Below are positions 36,863 to 45,423 of a stretch of DNA of 51,656 bases, piece after piece. Origin of the DNA: a virus (Duplodnaviria > Caudoviricetes); IMG/VR virus record IMGVR_UViG_3300020034_000024, positions 1-51,656 of that record. One strand, 5' to 3'. A program made the translations under genes and the position numbers. Below the pieces are notes generated by a model. That model made no database searches. It saw only the letters and a program-made list of their open reading frames with translations, and was not told the origin of the DNA. The stretch's first letter is position 1. Each line of letters begins with the position of its first letter.

Positions 36863-36910
36863 AAACGCCCCGTATAAAATCTTGCAGACGAATGCAGGAT
36901 AGGGGCGTTT
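36863..36910. terminator. long GC stem-loop, probably a bidirectional terminator
   Basis: AAACGCCCC...GGGGCGTTT with inner ATCTTGCA/TGCAGGAT; T tracts follow on both strands. Confidence 0.65.
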
Positions 36911-36982
36911 AAACTTTTTTCTTTCTAGTCATGTATTTCGATTCAGACTAGCAAAACAAAATTAGCAATTTCCTAGCCAATT

Positions 36983-37099
36983 TCAATATTTTTTTACTAG
37001 GTTCCGTATGGATTGCCTGCAAACTCCAAATTCTTTAGCGAGATTTGAAAAGTTTCTACCGTACTCAGTCTTGTATTTATACACTATAATTCGCCTCAT
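36983..37099 (-). pseudogene. HTH fragment resembling the C-terminal domain of an HNH homing endonuclease
   Basis: MRRIIVYKYKTEYGRNFSNLAKEFGVCRQSIRNLVKKY, preceded in frame by HGLENRCPKLSEE without a start codon. Confidence 0.45.
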
Positions 37100-37248
37100 T
37101 TCTTCGCTTAATTTAGGGCAGCGGTTTTCTAACCCGTGTAGCCCTTTTTTTATGACATGATTTTTCGCATGTGTATATTTAGTAAATAATTCATAGTAAA
37201 AGCGTTAACAAGAAACATTGTTAACTACTTTAAACAAAAATAATTTTC

Positions 37249-37860
37249 ATGGAAACGATCAAAAAATACTTCAAGTGGTTCCTAATCCTGATCATAGTGA
37301 TCATCGCGGTAGCTTTACTTATTTCAAAATGCAGCCATCAGGTAAAGGAGAACAAGACCGAAAAGAAGGAAGATAAGCGACTCATCCAGATTCAGGCAAA
37401 ACTAGACAGTTCTTTTAAGGCTGGCAACGTTTTACAAGATCGGTTGAATAAGAAGGCCTTGAAAGATAGCCTCGATCTAATCGAAAGCAAACGCGTAATA
37501 AAGGTGCTTAACTGGAAACTGGAAAAGGCAAGGCAGCCGGTTCAAAAACTAATAGATTCTATTCCGGAATTGGATAGGTTCGTTGATTTAGGCGATTCTA
37601 TCCGATTCGAGCAGGATACTTTGATAAATACTTTGGTTAATCAGAAAGCGGAAATGTGGAGGAGCTTCACAAATTTACTTTCCATAGAGCAAAGCAAAAC
37701 AGCACTTGAGCATGAAAAAGGATTGATATTCGAGGAGCAAAGAAACCGTTACCAAAAGAAGGCAGCGAAACGGTTCGTATTAGGTCCGGTGGTTTCAATA
37801 GATTACCAATTAAAACCCAGTATCGGGGTCGGGCTTACTTATAGATTGATCAGATTTTAA
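37249..37860 (+). CDS. spanin-like membrane-anchored coiled-coil protein
   Basis: N-terminal TM segment with Cys, coiled coil, C-terminal amphipathic beta strands (PSIGVGLTYRLIRF). Confidence 0.55.
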   Translation: METIKKYFKWFLILIIVIIAVALLISKCSHQVKENKTEKKEDKRLIQIQAKLDSSFKAGNVLQDRLNKKALKDSLDLIESKRVIKVLNWKLEKARQPVQKLIDSIPELDRFVDLGDSIRFEQDTLINTLVNQKAEMWRSFTNLLSIEQSKTALEHEKGLIFEEQRNRYQKKAAKRFVLGPVVSIDYQLKPSIGVGLTYRLIRF

Positions 37861-38031
37861 CTTGTTATCAGATAGAACATTGGCCATAAATAAAGAACCG
37901 AAGCAACAACAAATGGCAAATATTACAATCAATGGTTCTGAATCATCAAATTTATAAAGTTCATGCATTGCTTGCCATCCTAATAATATTGCTAATAGAT
38001 AAAAAGTGGGTATTAAAATTGAGTATTTCAT
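37810..38031 (-). CDS. small membrane protein
   Basis: Two TM segments; last gene of the leftward operon. Confidence 0.55.
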   Translation of the reverse strand: MKYSILIPTFYLLAILLGWQAMHELYKFDDSEPLIVIFAICCCFGSLFMANVLSDNKLKSDQSISKPDPDTGF

Positions 38032-38062
38032 CTCTGGTTCTATTTAAAAGTGAAGTTAGATG

Positions 38063-38356
38063 TTACTTCTTTTTAGGTTTTGCAATCACTTTCGCGCTGT
38101 CGATTCTTACACTGTCTAGTTTTATTCTATAGGCAAGATCCAAAATGTAGGCGTCTAAATCTTGAGATGTTTTTATCTTGCTTTCAGGCGTTGATTTAGG
38201 ATCGTATATAACCAGACGTTTCCAGTTTTCTAATGCCATAAAAAAGTTGTCCATGTCTTTCGTTTCGATGGGCACGAATTTTCTGTAAACAGGGTTCTCT
38301 TGTGCGAAAGATGAGATTGAAATAAAAAGTAATGCTGCAATAATTAGTTTTTTCAT
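38063..38356 (-). CDS. small secreted protein
   Basis: Signal peptide MKKLIIAALLFISISSFA-Q. Confidence 0.7.
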   Translation of the reverse strand: MKKLIIAALLFISISSFAQENPVYRKFVPIETKDMDNFFMALENWKRLVIYDPKSTPESKIKTSQDLDAYILDLAYRIKLDSVRIDSAKVIAKPKKK

Positions 38357-38479
38357 GTTTGTTTTTTTTAAAGTGTTAAAGTAAAAAAGGGTGGAGGGTT
38401 GATCTAGCGTTTACTTTTTAAAACTTTTGTCCCCTTCCGAAATAGGAAACCCAATGCACTAAATGCCCTCCGCGTCCTT

Positions 38480-38647
38480 TTATTTCATTAGTTCATTCAA
38501 AAGCTTAACGCATCCAGCGAAGATAAATAAAGCAATCAACCAGCCTAATATTGATCCGGTAATCAAAACGAAAAGGACTTTGTACTTGAACATCCGAACC
38601 CTTCTAAAGTGCTCTATAAAGCGGTTGTACTCCTTTGTGCTATTCAT
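38480..38647 (-). CDS. small membrane protein (55 aa)
   Basis: ATG overlaps the stop of the 38644 ORF; one hydrophobic helix. Confidence 0.5.
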   Translation of the reverse strand: MNSTKEYNRFIEHFRRVRMFKYKVLFVLITGSILGWLIALFIFAGCVKLLNELMK

Positions 38648-38892
38648 ACAAGTGATTTAAAAAAGTACCTCCGATAGCGTTTACCGGGCACTGTTTCCAT
38701 ATCCAAAGTTAAATTATAATCCCGTTGCAAGTCTGAAATTCTACTTCGAAGATCAGCAATTCTCAGATGCTTCCAAGCATAAACGCGGTCAACCTTAATT
38801 CCTAATAATAGTGCATCCATAAGCTTTTGTACTTCCGTCTTTTCTGGATTTACAGAGATCGTTTGACTTGTTGGTGTTGAGATTGTTTGCAT
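38644..38892 (-). CDS. winged-helix/HTH protein
   Basis: LRSRISDLQRDY motif. Confidence 0.65.
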   Translation of the reverse strand: MQTISTPTSQTISVNPEKTEVQKLMDALLLGIKVDRVYAWKHLRIADLRSRISDLQRDYNLTLDMETVPGKRYRRYFFKSLV

Positions 38893-38939
38893 ATTATTTA
38901 GTCTTTTGGCTTTCTGTTGTGGTCTTCATGGTTAACTAT

Positions 38940-39533
38940 TTAACATGAACAAGAAAAGTAGTCATCTCTATCCCCCCTCTCACCAGTAATGTTTTCCCAA
39001 TGGTTCCACCAGGTGTTATCAATGTGTTCTCCTGCACTTTCATATCGTCCTAAATGGTGTTCTCGTCCGGCAATAATAGCATTTGCAAAAGCCTGTTCAT
39101 CATAAATCTTTTCATTATATCCATAGTAATCATTAGACATGTGTTCTTTTGCCCATTCCATCATCCATTTTTTAGAAGCTTCTTTACTGAAGTCTAACGG
39201 AATTGATTCTTCAAAATCTGGATGACTCCAAACATGGCGCAAGGAAGTGATTTGTCGAGGGTAAACTATAAGCCAAAACTTTTCTCCGGGCTTTACTGAC
39301 TCTTTCAAAAACGGATCAACTATGCCAAGGTGCTTATCTACATGATTTAAAGCTTTGTCCGTAGTTGAGTATGCGTATCCATTCTTTAACCCAATGTTTG
39401 CCCCCGGTATTAACTCTTCCCCCGCAATAACAGGCTCAACAGCTAAGTGAATAGCATCACGACCACCGTCTGTTATTATTGTTCCTAGTGTCTCTAAAGC
39501 ATCAGTAGATACTTTCCTTTTTTCTTCACTCAT
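38940..39533 (-). CDS. conserved phage hypothetical protein
   Basis: RDAIHLAV, GIVDPFL, TSLRHVWSHP, C-terminal FSCSC. Confidence 0.7.
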   Translation of the reverse strand: MSEEKRKVSTDALETLGTIITDGGRDAIHLAVEPVIAGEELIPGANIGLKNGYAYSTTDKALNHVDKHLGIVDPFLKESVKPGEKFWLIVYPRQITSLRHVWSHPDFEESIPLDFSKEASKKWMMEWAKEHMSNDYYGYNEKIYDEQAFANAIIAGREHHLGRYESAGEHIDNTWWNHWENITGERGDRDDYFSCSC

Positions 39534-39626
39534 AATTATTTTTTTTAGTTTTTAAAATAATCGGGCAGGATACTAAGCCTACCCGATACTTGACTTAATC
39601 ACGCCCCAACGCCTTCGGGGATTTCT

Positions 39627-39980
39627 TTACGGCAAATCTGCCTTATAGTGTTCAATGATGGCCTCCATCTTAGCCGCGTAAAAGCTCTGTGCATCTTTGT
39701 ACCCTTCATTATCATTTTTCCACTTGAGATACATTACCGCTCGTAAACGTTGTCCTGGTGTCTTACCTTTTAGTTCAACATCCATTGAGTCAATAATACT
39801 CTTTTCGTTGCTTTCGATTTGCTTTGCTGAAAAGTAAGCGAAGCAAACCATATTTCGGAGCGCGAATAATTCAGCGGCCTTGCCTGGGGAAAGTTCTTGA
39901 GTTCCGATGTTAACTGAAATACTTCCATCTTTTAACGATCTTATCGTTTCGATGATTACCGGTATCAATAATCCAGTCAT
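39627..39980 (-). CDS. conserved phage hypothetical protein
   Basis: KDGSI...TQEL and KTPGQRLRAV motifs. Confidence 0.7.
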   Translation of the reverse strand: MTGLLIPVIIETIRSLKDGSISVNIGTQELSPGKAAELFALRNMVCFAYFSAKQIESNEKSIIDSMDVELKGKTPGQRLRAVMYLKWKNDNEGYKDAQSFYAAKMEAIIEHYKADLP

Positions 39981-39993
39981 AATGTTAGTGCTC

Positions 39994-40497
39994 TCATTTG
40001 ATTGATACGCTTAAGGTTGACGTTGATTTTTTTAATGGCGGTATTATTTTTACCAGTTCCCCGGTGTCATCAATAACAACATTTAAAGGTTCTTTAAGTG
40101 ATTTTAAAAACTCCTTACGCTCTTCAAGTTGTTTTTTTGCCTCTTCCATAATCTTGAATCGATCATTGTAAATCGGATCGTTGCACACATCAAAATCGTA
40201 AGTAGTGCCAGCTTCCGTTTTACTCATGGAAGAGCCATTGAAGATAAAAGTTTTTTCTGGATATTTTGCAGATTCGTTTACAAAGTTTGGCCGTATCTCT
40301 TCAAGAATTCTTTTACTTGCTTTCTCAAATGCCTTCAATAGTAAAAGTACTTCTAACGGATTTGCCTCACCCTGTTGCACCGATTCAATAACGCCATCCG
40401 AAAAAACATCCACCTGAACTTGTGAAATCGGGAGCAGCCTAGCCGCCCCGATTGGTGTCATTTGCATGTCCATATCAAAAAGGGAGATCCGATGCAT
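39994..40497 (-). CDS. conserved phage hypothetical protein, recombination region
   Basis: EAGTTYDF..C.D and DTGE...PP motifs; next to the SSB-like gene. Confidence 0.65.
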   Translation of the reverse strand: MHRISLFDMDMQMTPIGAARLLPISQVQVDVFSDGVIESVQQGEANPLEVLLLLKAFEKASKRILEEIRPNFVNESAKYPEKTFIFNGSSMSKTEAGTTYDFDVCNDPIYNDRFKIMEEAKKQLEERKEFLKSLKEPLNVVIDDTGELVKIIPPLKKSTSTLSVSIK

Positions 40498-41089
40498 CGA
40501 TAGGTTCCTGAGTTGTTTCGGTATGACCTGGTTGGGTCAAAGAAGCATATTGTTTTGACTTCTTTATTTTGTCCTTTACAAAGTCAGGCATTGAGTCAAA
40601 TACATTTTGGTTCCAATTGTCAAAGGAAAGCATTACAGTGTCGTTAACTTGATCAGGGCATACGAATCCCTTTGGCAAAGTCCCAACACTGCTAATGTCA
40701 GCATAGTCGTTCCCTGAGCCGCTTTTTTTATGGATGACATTTAACATACATGGCTTATTCAATAGCTTTGTAATATCAAACGACTTTGCTTCTTCTTCTG
40801 TGAAAGCCTTACCGCGCCATGATTCTAAGAATTTTCTAAGGGTAGCTTTTTCATGCATCGATAAAGTAAATTCCTTATGGATGGCGAAAGGTTGAAAGCC
40901 CTTCCCAAAGTCGTGACATTCAAGCGGAGTCTCAAAAGATATACGAACCTTATGCGATTCTTTGCCAGCATAGATACCAGTTTCTTCTTTGATCGTTCCA
41001 ATTTCAACCATGCCGTAACACCTTGAAACATGGTTACCGGCTGGGATGAGTGTAAAATTACCTCCTTTGTTTTCTGCAATGATTGGCAT
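40475..41089 (-). CDS. putative single-stranded DNA-binding/replication protein
   Basis: PAG.H.SRCY, LSMHEKATLRKFLESWRG, acidic C-terminal DLPF tail. Confidence 0.75.
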   Translation of the reverse strand: MPIIAENKGGNFTLIPAGNHVSRCYGMVEIGTIKEETGIYAGKESHKVRISFETPLECHDFGKGFQPFAIHKEFTLSMHEKATLRKFLESWRGKAFTEEEAKSFDITKLLNKPCMLNVIHKKSGSGNDYADISSVGTLPKGFVCPDQVNDTVMLSFDNWNQNVFDSMPDFVKDKIKKSKQYASLTQPGHTETTQEPIDASDLPF

Positions 41090-41145
41090 ATTAGTTTGTT
41101 TTAGTTTGTGTACTTGTCTCCATTATTAATAGGGGTTATAACTCG

Positions 41146-41370
41146 TTAATTAGACAATTCCGGTGAAACTGTATTCGCTACAGAGTTACTAAGGCAGTTG
41201 ACACCATAAGAAACTCCAAGGTAAAATAGCTCATTGGTGAACTTTAAATTTAAAATAAACTCCGTTCTACCATCTAAGTTTGAAATTTCTTCAAAGTCAG
41301 TTTTGTTCGCCTGCAAAGACTCTTTAAAGGCGGGCATAGTTTCGTTGGCAATGCTGATTCTGTGTATCAT
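41146..41370 (-). CDS. hypothetical protein
   Basis: ORF in the leftward operon. Confidence 0.55.
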   Translation of the reverse strand: MIHRISIANETMPAFKESLQANKTDFEEISNLDGRTEFILNLKFTNELFYLGVSYGVNCLSNSVANTVSPELSN

Positions 41371-41388
41371 TGGTTTACTGTTTATGGG

Positions 41389-41532
41389 TTACTCTTCTTC
41401 GTCTGGTTCTGGCTCATCCCTGTCGCTGTCGTCATCTTCTAACATTGAATCGGGTATTACTTCGTCTTCGCTACGTCCATCTGGACTATCCCATGATGGG
41501 CCTTTTGAATAATTTCGCCTGTGGTATCTCAT
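41389..41532 (-). CDS. small highly acidic protein (47 aa)
   Basis: Ends in MLEDDDSDRDEPEPDEEE. Confidence 0.5.
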   Translation of the reverse strand: MRYHRRNYSKGPSWDSPDGRSEDEVIPDSMLEDDDSDRDEPEPDEEE

Positions 41533-41538
41533 GTTTCA

Positions 41539-41721
41539 TTATTTTACAATTTGAGATTCGATATAAGACCCATAATTGACACCATGAGCAGCGGCATACC
41601 CACGCTTCCATGATGGCGAATTATTCTTTTTGTACCCAGCGGCAAATTCAGCCATTGTATACCCGTTAGCTGTTAATTGATCTTCTAAAATAGTTGCGAA
41701 GGTTGTGGTAGTAGTTTTCAT
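41539..41721 (-). CDS. hypothetical protein, first gene of the leftward operon
   Basis: ATG after an A-rich leader and promoter. Confidence 0.6.
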   Translation of the reverse strand: MKTTTTTFATILEDQLTANGYTMAEFAAGYKKNNSPSWKRGYAAAHGVNYGSYIESQIVK

Positions 41722-41732
41722 TTGTTTTTCTG

Positions 41733-41825
41733 TTTAAATCTTCCGAAAGTAACATGATATTATTTTAATATCCAAATTAGGATTGTAATATTTTTTTGAT
41801 ACCTTTGAAATATAATTTAGATACT
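41733..41825. promoter_or_regulatory. divergent promoter region
   Basis: Leftward TACTTTCG (41744-41751) and rightward TACCTTTG (41800-41807) where the coding strand switches. Confidence 0.65.
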
Positions 41826-41960
41826 ATGGCAAAGAAAGACGAAAAACAGCTACTTTTAAGAATAAAGCAATCTGCCTATAATAAAGTGAAGAAACGTGCA
41901 AAGGAAAACGAGCGCTCTATTAATAGTCAAATCGTTTACGAGATCGATACAAAAGAATAG
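41826..41960 (+). CDS. Arc-family ribbon-helix-helix repressor (44 aa)
   Basis: QLLLRI...YNKVKKRAKENERSINSQIV matches the Arc pattern LR...A..N.RS.N..I. Confidence 0.8.
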   Translation: MAKKDEKQLLLRIKQSAYNKVKKRAKENERSINSQIVYEIDTKE

Positions 41961-41963
41961 GTT

Positions 41964-42179
41964 ATGACAGAAAGGATACAATCAGTTTCGGAAGCTTTTT
42001 CAATGCAGCCGGTGCCTTGGTGGGTTGGTCAGGTTATAGGTAAACGAAAAATATCGCTAATAACGGAAGGTCAGATTATGGATACCGGTGACCCATTCGA
42101 TGTATACATAGGATTCTATGAAGATGGCGGAAAGGCATTCCATATCAGAAAGCAATGCGCTACAGTAACTTATTTTTAG
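41964..42179 (+). CDS. hypothetical protein
   Basis: ORF directly after the Arc-like gene. Confidence 0.6.
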   Translation: MTERIQSVSEAFSMQPVPWWVGQVIGKRKISLITEGQIMDTGDPFDVYIGFYEDGGKAFHIRKQCATVTYF

Positions 42180-42259
42180 AGATAAACATTGAAGATAAAA
42201 CCGCTGACGGGGATCAGGTCAGTGCGACAACCGACTCGTAGGAACAGAGAAGTGACTTA

Positions 42260-42284
42260 GCCTTTCAGAGTAAAGGCGTTTTTT
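42260..42284 (+). terminator. intrinsic terminator-like hairpin
   Basis: GCCTTT-loop-AAAGGC followed by TTTTTT. Confidence 0.55.
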
Positions 42285-42313
42285 CCCAACCACAAAAGTA
42301 AACAGAAACAAAG

Positions 42314-42472
42314 ATGACGTACCTAGTTTTTTTCGAAGGGAAAGTATTTTACACGAATTGGTTTGATGTTGATAATCTGTATGTTCAAGGAATGACAGTA
42401 GTTAATCGGATTAATCACACCTATACAACTGACGGTAAAACGTGGTTAGAAATTGAAGAGGATCATCTTTAA
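42314..42472 (+). CDS. small hypothetical protein (52 aa)
   Basis: MTYLVFFEGKVFYTNWFD...WLEIEEDHL after an A-rich leader. Confidence 0.55.
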   Translation: MTYLVFFEGKVFYTNWFDVDNLYVQGMTVVNRINHTYTTDGKTWLEIEEDHL

Positions 42473-42498
42473 CCCCTCACCGGAAACATTGAGAAAGT

Positions 42499-42654
42499 AT
42501 GAAGAAGCACATCAACTATCAGTTCAATCACCCTCAATACCATACGCTTCATGAGATCGCTCAAAAGCTAGGTGTAAGCGTGAAGCAAGTTTGTAAAGTG
42601 GACATGAGGAAAGAGATTATCGAGATGAACACTGGTTTAAAGCTTGTTAAATGA
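42499..42654 (+). CDS. small HTH protein (51 aa)
   Basis: TLHEIAQKLGVSVKQVCK. Confidence 0.55.
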   Translation: MKKHINYQFNHPQYHTLHEIAQKLGVSVKQVCKVDMRKEIIEMNTGLKLVK

Positions 42655-42977
42655 TTTGCCACGAATGCAATACTAAATTTCAGGAAACACGTAGTTCAAA
42701 TATCTACTGTTCCCATACGTGCTGCCAGCGTGTTTACCATAGAAGAAACAGGTATTTACTAGCTGATAAACGAGCGGTGTATAGGGCAAAGGTCTTTGTA
42801 CCTAAAAAGCCTGTTACAATGACTTGTTCATGTGGCAAGGTATTCCAATCAAAACGAAAGAACAATACCACATGCAGCCCTAAATGCTCACAAAGGGAAT
42901 ACAGGGAGAAAAATAAACTTGCTATCAGAGAAAGGAAAGTTCTTTGGGATCAAAAGAAAAAATTGGAAACTAATTAG
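42651..42977 (+). CDS. tandem zinc-binding protein
   Basis: Two Cys-pair...CS..C units. Confidence 0.65.
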   Translation: MICHECNTKFQETRSSNIYCSHTCCQRVYHRRNRYLLADKRAVYRAKVFVPKKPVTMTCSCGKVFQSKRKNNTTCSPKCSQREYREKNKLAIRERKVLWDQKKKLETN

Positions 42978-43053
42978 TCGGACGCCCTGAACTTGCTAAA
43001 TAAATAGATTCGTATTTAAAGCAAATAGCAACAATTCAGACCCGACTAATTTG

Positions 43054-43170
43054 TATATTTGACAAGCCGAATGGCACCCATTGGTAAGAATGGATTTAAA
43101 ACATTGTCATGCCCTTAGTTTACAATTGGAGTCTTACCGCTCTGAACGTTTACGGGGCTTTTTACTTTTT
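43054..43170 (+). ncRNA. structured 5' leader (promoter, hairpin, terminator-like hairpin with complementary loops)
   Basis: TATATTTG; loop GGTAAGA 43083-43089 is complementary to TCTTACC 43132-43138; T tract before ATG 43171. Confidence 0.55.
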
Positions 43171-45369
43171 ATGGAATATGAAGACTTTTTAAAAACCAAA
43201 CATCGTAATTATACTTTGAGTGGTTTCGATGTTGATGAAAATGACCTGAATGAAAACCTTTTTGACTTTCAGAAGTACATTGTTAAACGTGCTTTAAAGG
43301 CGGGGCGTTACGCATTATTTTGTGAATGTGGAACGGGTAAAACAATCATGCAATTAGCGTGGGCTGATGCTGTTATTAAACATACAAATAGATCTGTATT
43401 GATTCTTTGCCCTCTTGCGGTAAGTGCGCAAACTATTAACGAGGGTTTAAAGTTTGGTATTCAGGTTAAGCGTTTTAAGAAAGACTTTACCGAACTAGGT
43501 ATTTACATTACTAACTATGAACAACTCGAAAACATTACCGATGAAGAAATAGATAAATTCATCGGAGTTGTTTTAGACGAAAGTTCAATACTAAAAAACT
43601 TTACAGGTGTTTATAAGAACTTGATTTTGGATAAGTTTAAACAAACTCCTTATAAACTTCCATGTACCGCTACTCCTTCGCCTAATGACTTGAATGAGAT
43701 CGGTAACCATTCAGAGTTTTTAAACATATTAGACGCTCAAGATATGCGTTCTAAGTGGTTTGTTCGTGATGAAGGGATGAATAACTACCGACTCAAGGCA
43801 CATGCAAAAGTAGATTTTTATGCATGGATTTCGTCATGGGCTTGTATGCTTTCAAATCCTGCCGACTTGGGTTTTGATGGAAGTAAATTCGTTTTGCCTC
43901 CACTTAATTACATTGAAAAACGAATCCAGACAAAGCAACGTGAAAACGGAAAGTTATTTAATGACGCTTCAATTAACGCAACAAACTTCAATAGTGAATT
44001 ACGCTTAACAAAGCTGGAAAGATTATCTCAAGTAGTAGATATCGTAAAAAGTTCGACTGATAACTTTATCATTTGGGTAAAGCAAAACGAGGAGGCTGAC
44101 TATTTGAAAAAGTTAATTCCTGATTCGGTTGAGGTCCGTGGAAATGACAATACCACTTTAAAAGAAAAGAACCTTTTAGGATTTGCAAATAATGAATTCA
44201 GGGTTTTGATTACTAAATCTAAGATAGCTCAATTTGGTCTTAATTATCAGAATTGTCATAATCAGATATTTGCTTCATTAGATTTTTCTTTTGAGGGATT
44301 GTATCAATCAATTAGACGTTCTTACAGGTTCGGACAAAAACAGGCAGTAAACATTTACATGATAACCACAGACACTATGCAAAACGTAATAAACTCAATC
44401 AAAAAAAAGGAAAGGAACTTTTTGGAAATGCAAGAAGAGATGAACCGTAATATAAATTCAAAGCAGTACGGTTTACTGACTGACTACGATTACAAAGAAG
44501 TAAAGTCAGACAATTACCTTCTAATGAAAGGGGACACCTGCAAAGAGATTAAACGCATCCCTGACAATAGTGTTGATCTAATTGTTTTCTCCCCTCCTTT
44601 TAGTTCGTTGTTCACTTACTCGAATTACATTCACGACATGGGGAACAATGAAAACCACGGAGAGTTTTTTAAACAGTATGCTTATCTTTTGAAAGACCTT
44701 TATAGGATACTTAAACCAGGTCGTTTAATGTGTTGCCATACTAAAGACTTGGGAGTTTATAAAAATAGTTCGGGGTACACTGGAATGTATGACTTTACAA
44801 ACGATCACACAAAAGCAGTACAGGCAGAAAATTTCAAACTACATTCTAAGATTACTATCTGGACAGATCCTGTACTCGAGATGCAAAGGACTAAAACCCA
44901 AAGATTACTTTATAAAACAGTTACAAGCGATTCAACATTTACCGGAATAGGGATGGCTGAATATGTTACGATCTTTAGAAAGTGGGAAGGTAATCAGGAA
45001 AATTGGGAGCCGGTTACAAACTTGACAAAGCAAAACTTTCCTTTGGATACATGGCAAAAGTGGGCAAGTCCAGTTTGGATGGATATTCGTAGGACTGATG
45101 TTTTGAACGGTCACGAAGGAACAGCTCAAGGTGATGAAAAGCACATTGCACCGCTTCAGCTTGAGGTTATTCATAGACTAGTAAACCTTTATACTAATCG
45201 TGGGGAGGTTGTATTCACTCCTTTTTTAGGTATAGGATCAGAAGCCTATCAGGCAATTAAAGACGGTAGGAAGGCGATAGGATGCGAATTAAAGGATAGT
45301 TACTTCGATGTTGCGGTTAAAAATTGTAACAATGTAGTAGCTTCTAAGGAACAATTATCATTCATATAG
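43171..45369 (+). CDS. SNF2-like helicase fused to an amino (N4-C/N6-A) DNA methyltransferase
   Basis: CGTGKT, LDESS, TATPSPN, RRSYRFGQ; FSPPF and FTPFLGIGSE; start taken as ATG 43171. Confidence 0.9.
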   Translation: MEYEDFLKTKHRNYTLSGFDVDENDLNENLFDFQKYIVKRALKAGRYALFCECGTGKTIMQLAWADAVIKHTNRSVLILCPLAVSAQTINEGLKFGIQVKRFKKDFTELGIYITNYEQLENITDEEIDKFIGVVLDESSILKNFTGVYKNLILDKFKQTPYKLPCTATPSPNDLNEIGNHSEFLNILDAQDMRSKWFVRDEGMNNYRLKAHAKVDFYAWISSWACMLSNPADLGFDGSKFVLPPLNYIEKRIQTKQRENGKLFNDASINATNFNSELRLTKLERLSQVVDIVKSSTDNFIIWVKQNEEADYLKKLIPDSVEVRGNDNTTLKEKNLLGFANNEFRVLITKSKIAQFGLNYQNCHNQIFASLDFSFEGLYQSIRRSYRFGQKQAVNIYMITTDTMQNVINSIKKKERNFLEMQEEMNRNINSKQYGLLTDYDYKEVKSDNYLLMKGDTCKEIKRIPDNSVDLIVFSPPFSSLFTYSNYIHDMGNNENHGEFFKQYAYLLKDLYRILKPGRLMCCHTKDLGVYKNSSGYTGMYDFTNDHTKAVQAENFKLHSKITIWTDPVLEMQRTKTQRLLYKTVTSDSTFTGIGMAEYVTIFRKWEGNQENWEPVTNLTKQNFPLDTWQKWASPVWMDIRRTDVLNGHEGTAQGDEKHIAPLQLEVIHRLVNLYTNRGEVVFTPFLGIGSEAYQAIKDGRKAIGCELKDSYFDVAVKNCNNVVASKEQLSFI

Positions 45370-45423
45370 TTTGCATTATGAAAAACTTTCCCCTCAATTG
45401 TTTTGAGTGAAAGATTAATGTAG

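Noticed and set aside
37010-37030. TTTGCAGGC (minus strand) as pairing partner of the 36880 hairpin
   Set aside because: Lies inside the HTH-like coding remnant and upstream of the putative promoter; probably coincidental
43081-43170. N-terminal extension of the helicase-methylase from a TTG start
   Set aside because: Overlaps the structured leader; ATG 43171 gives a more typical MEYEDFLKTK start
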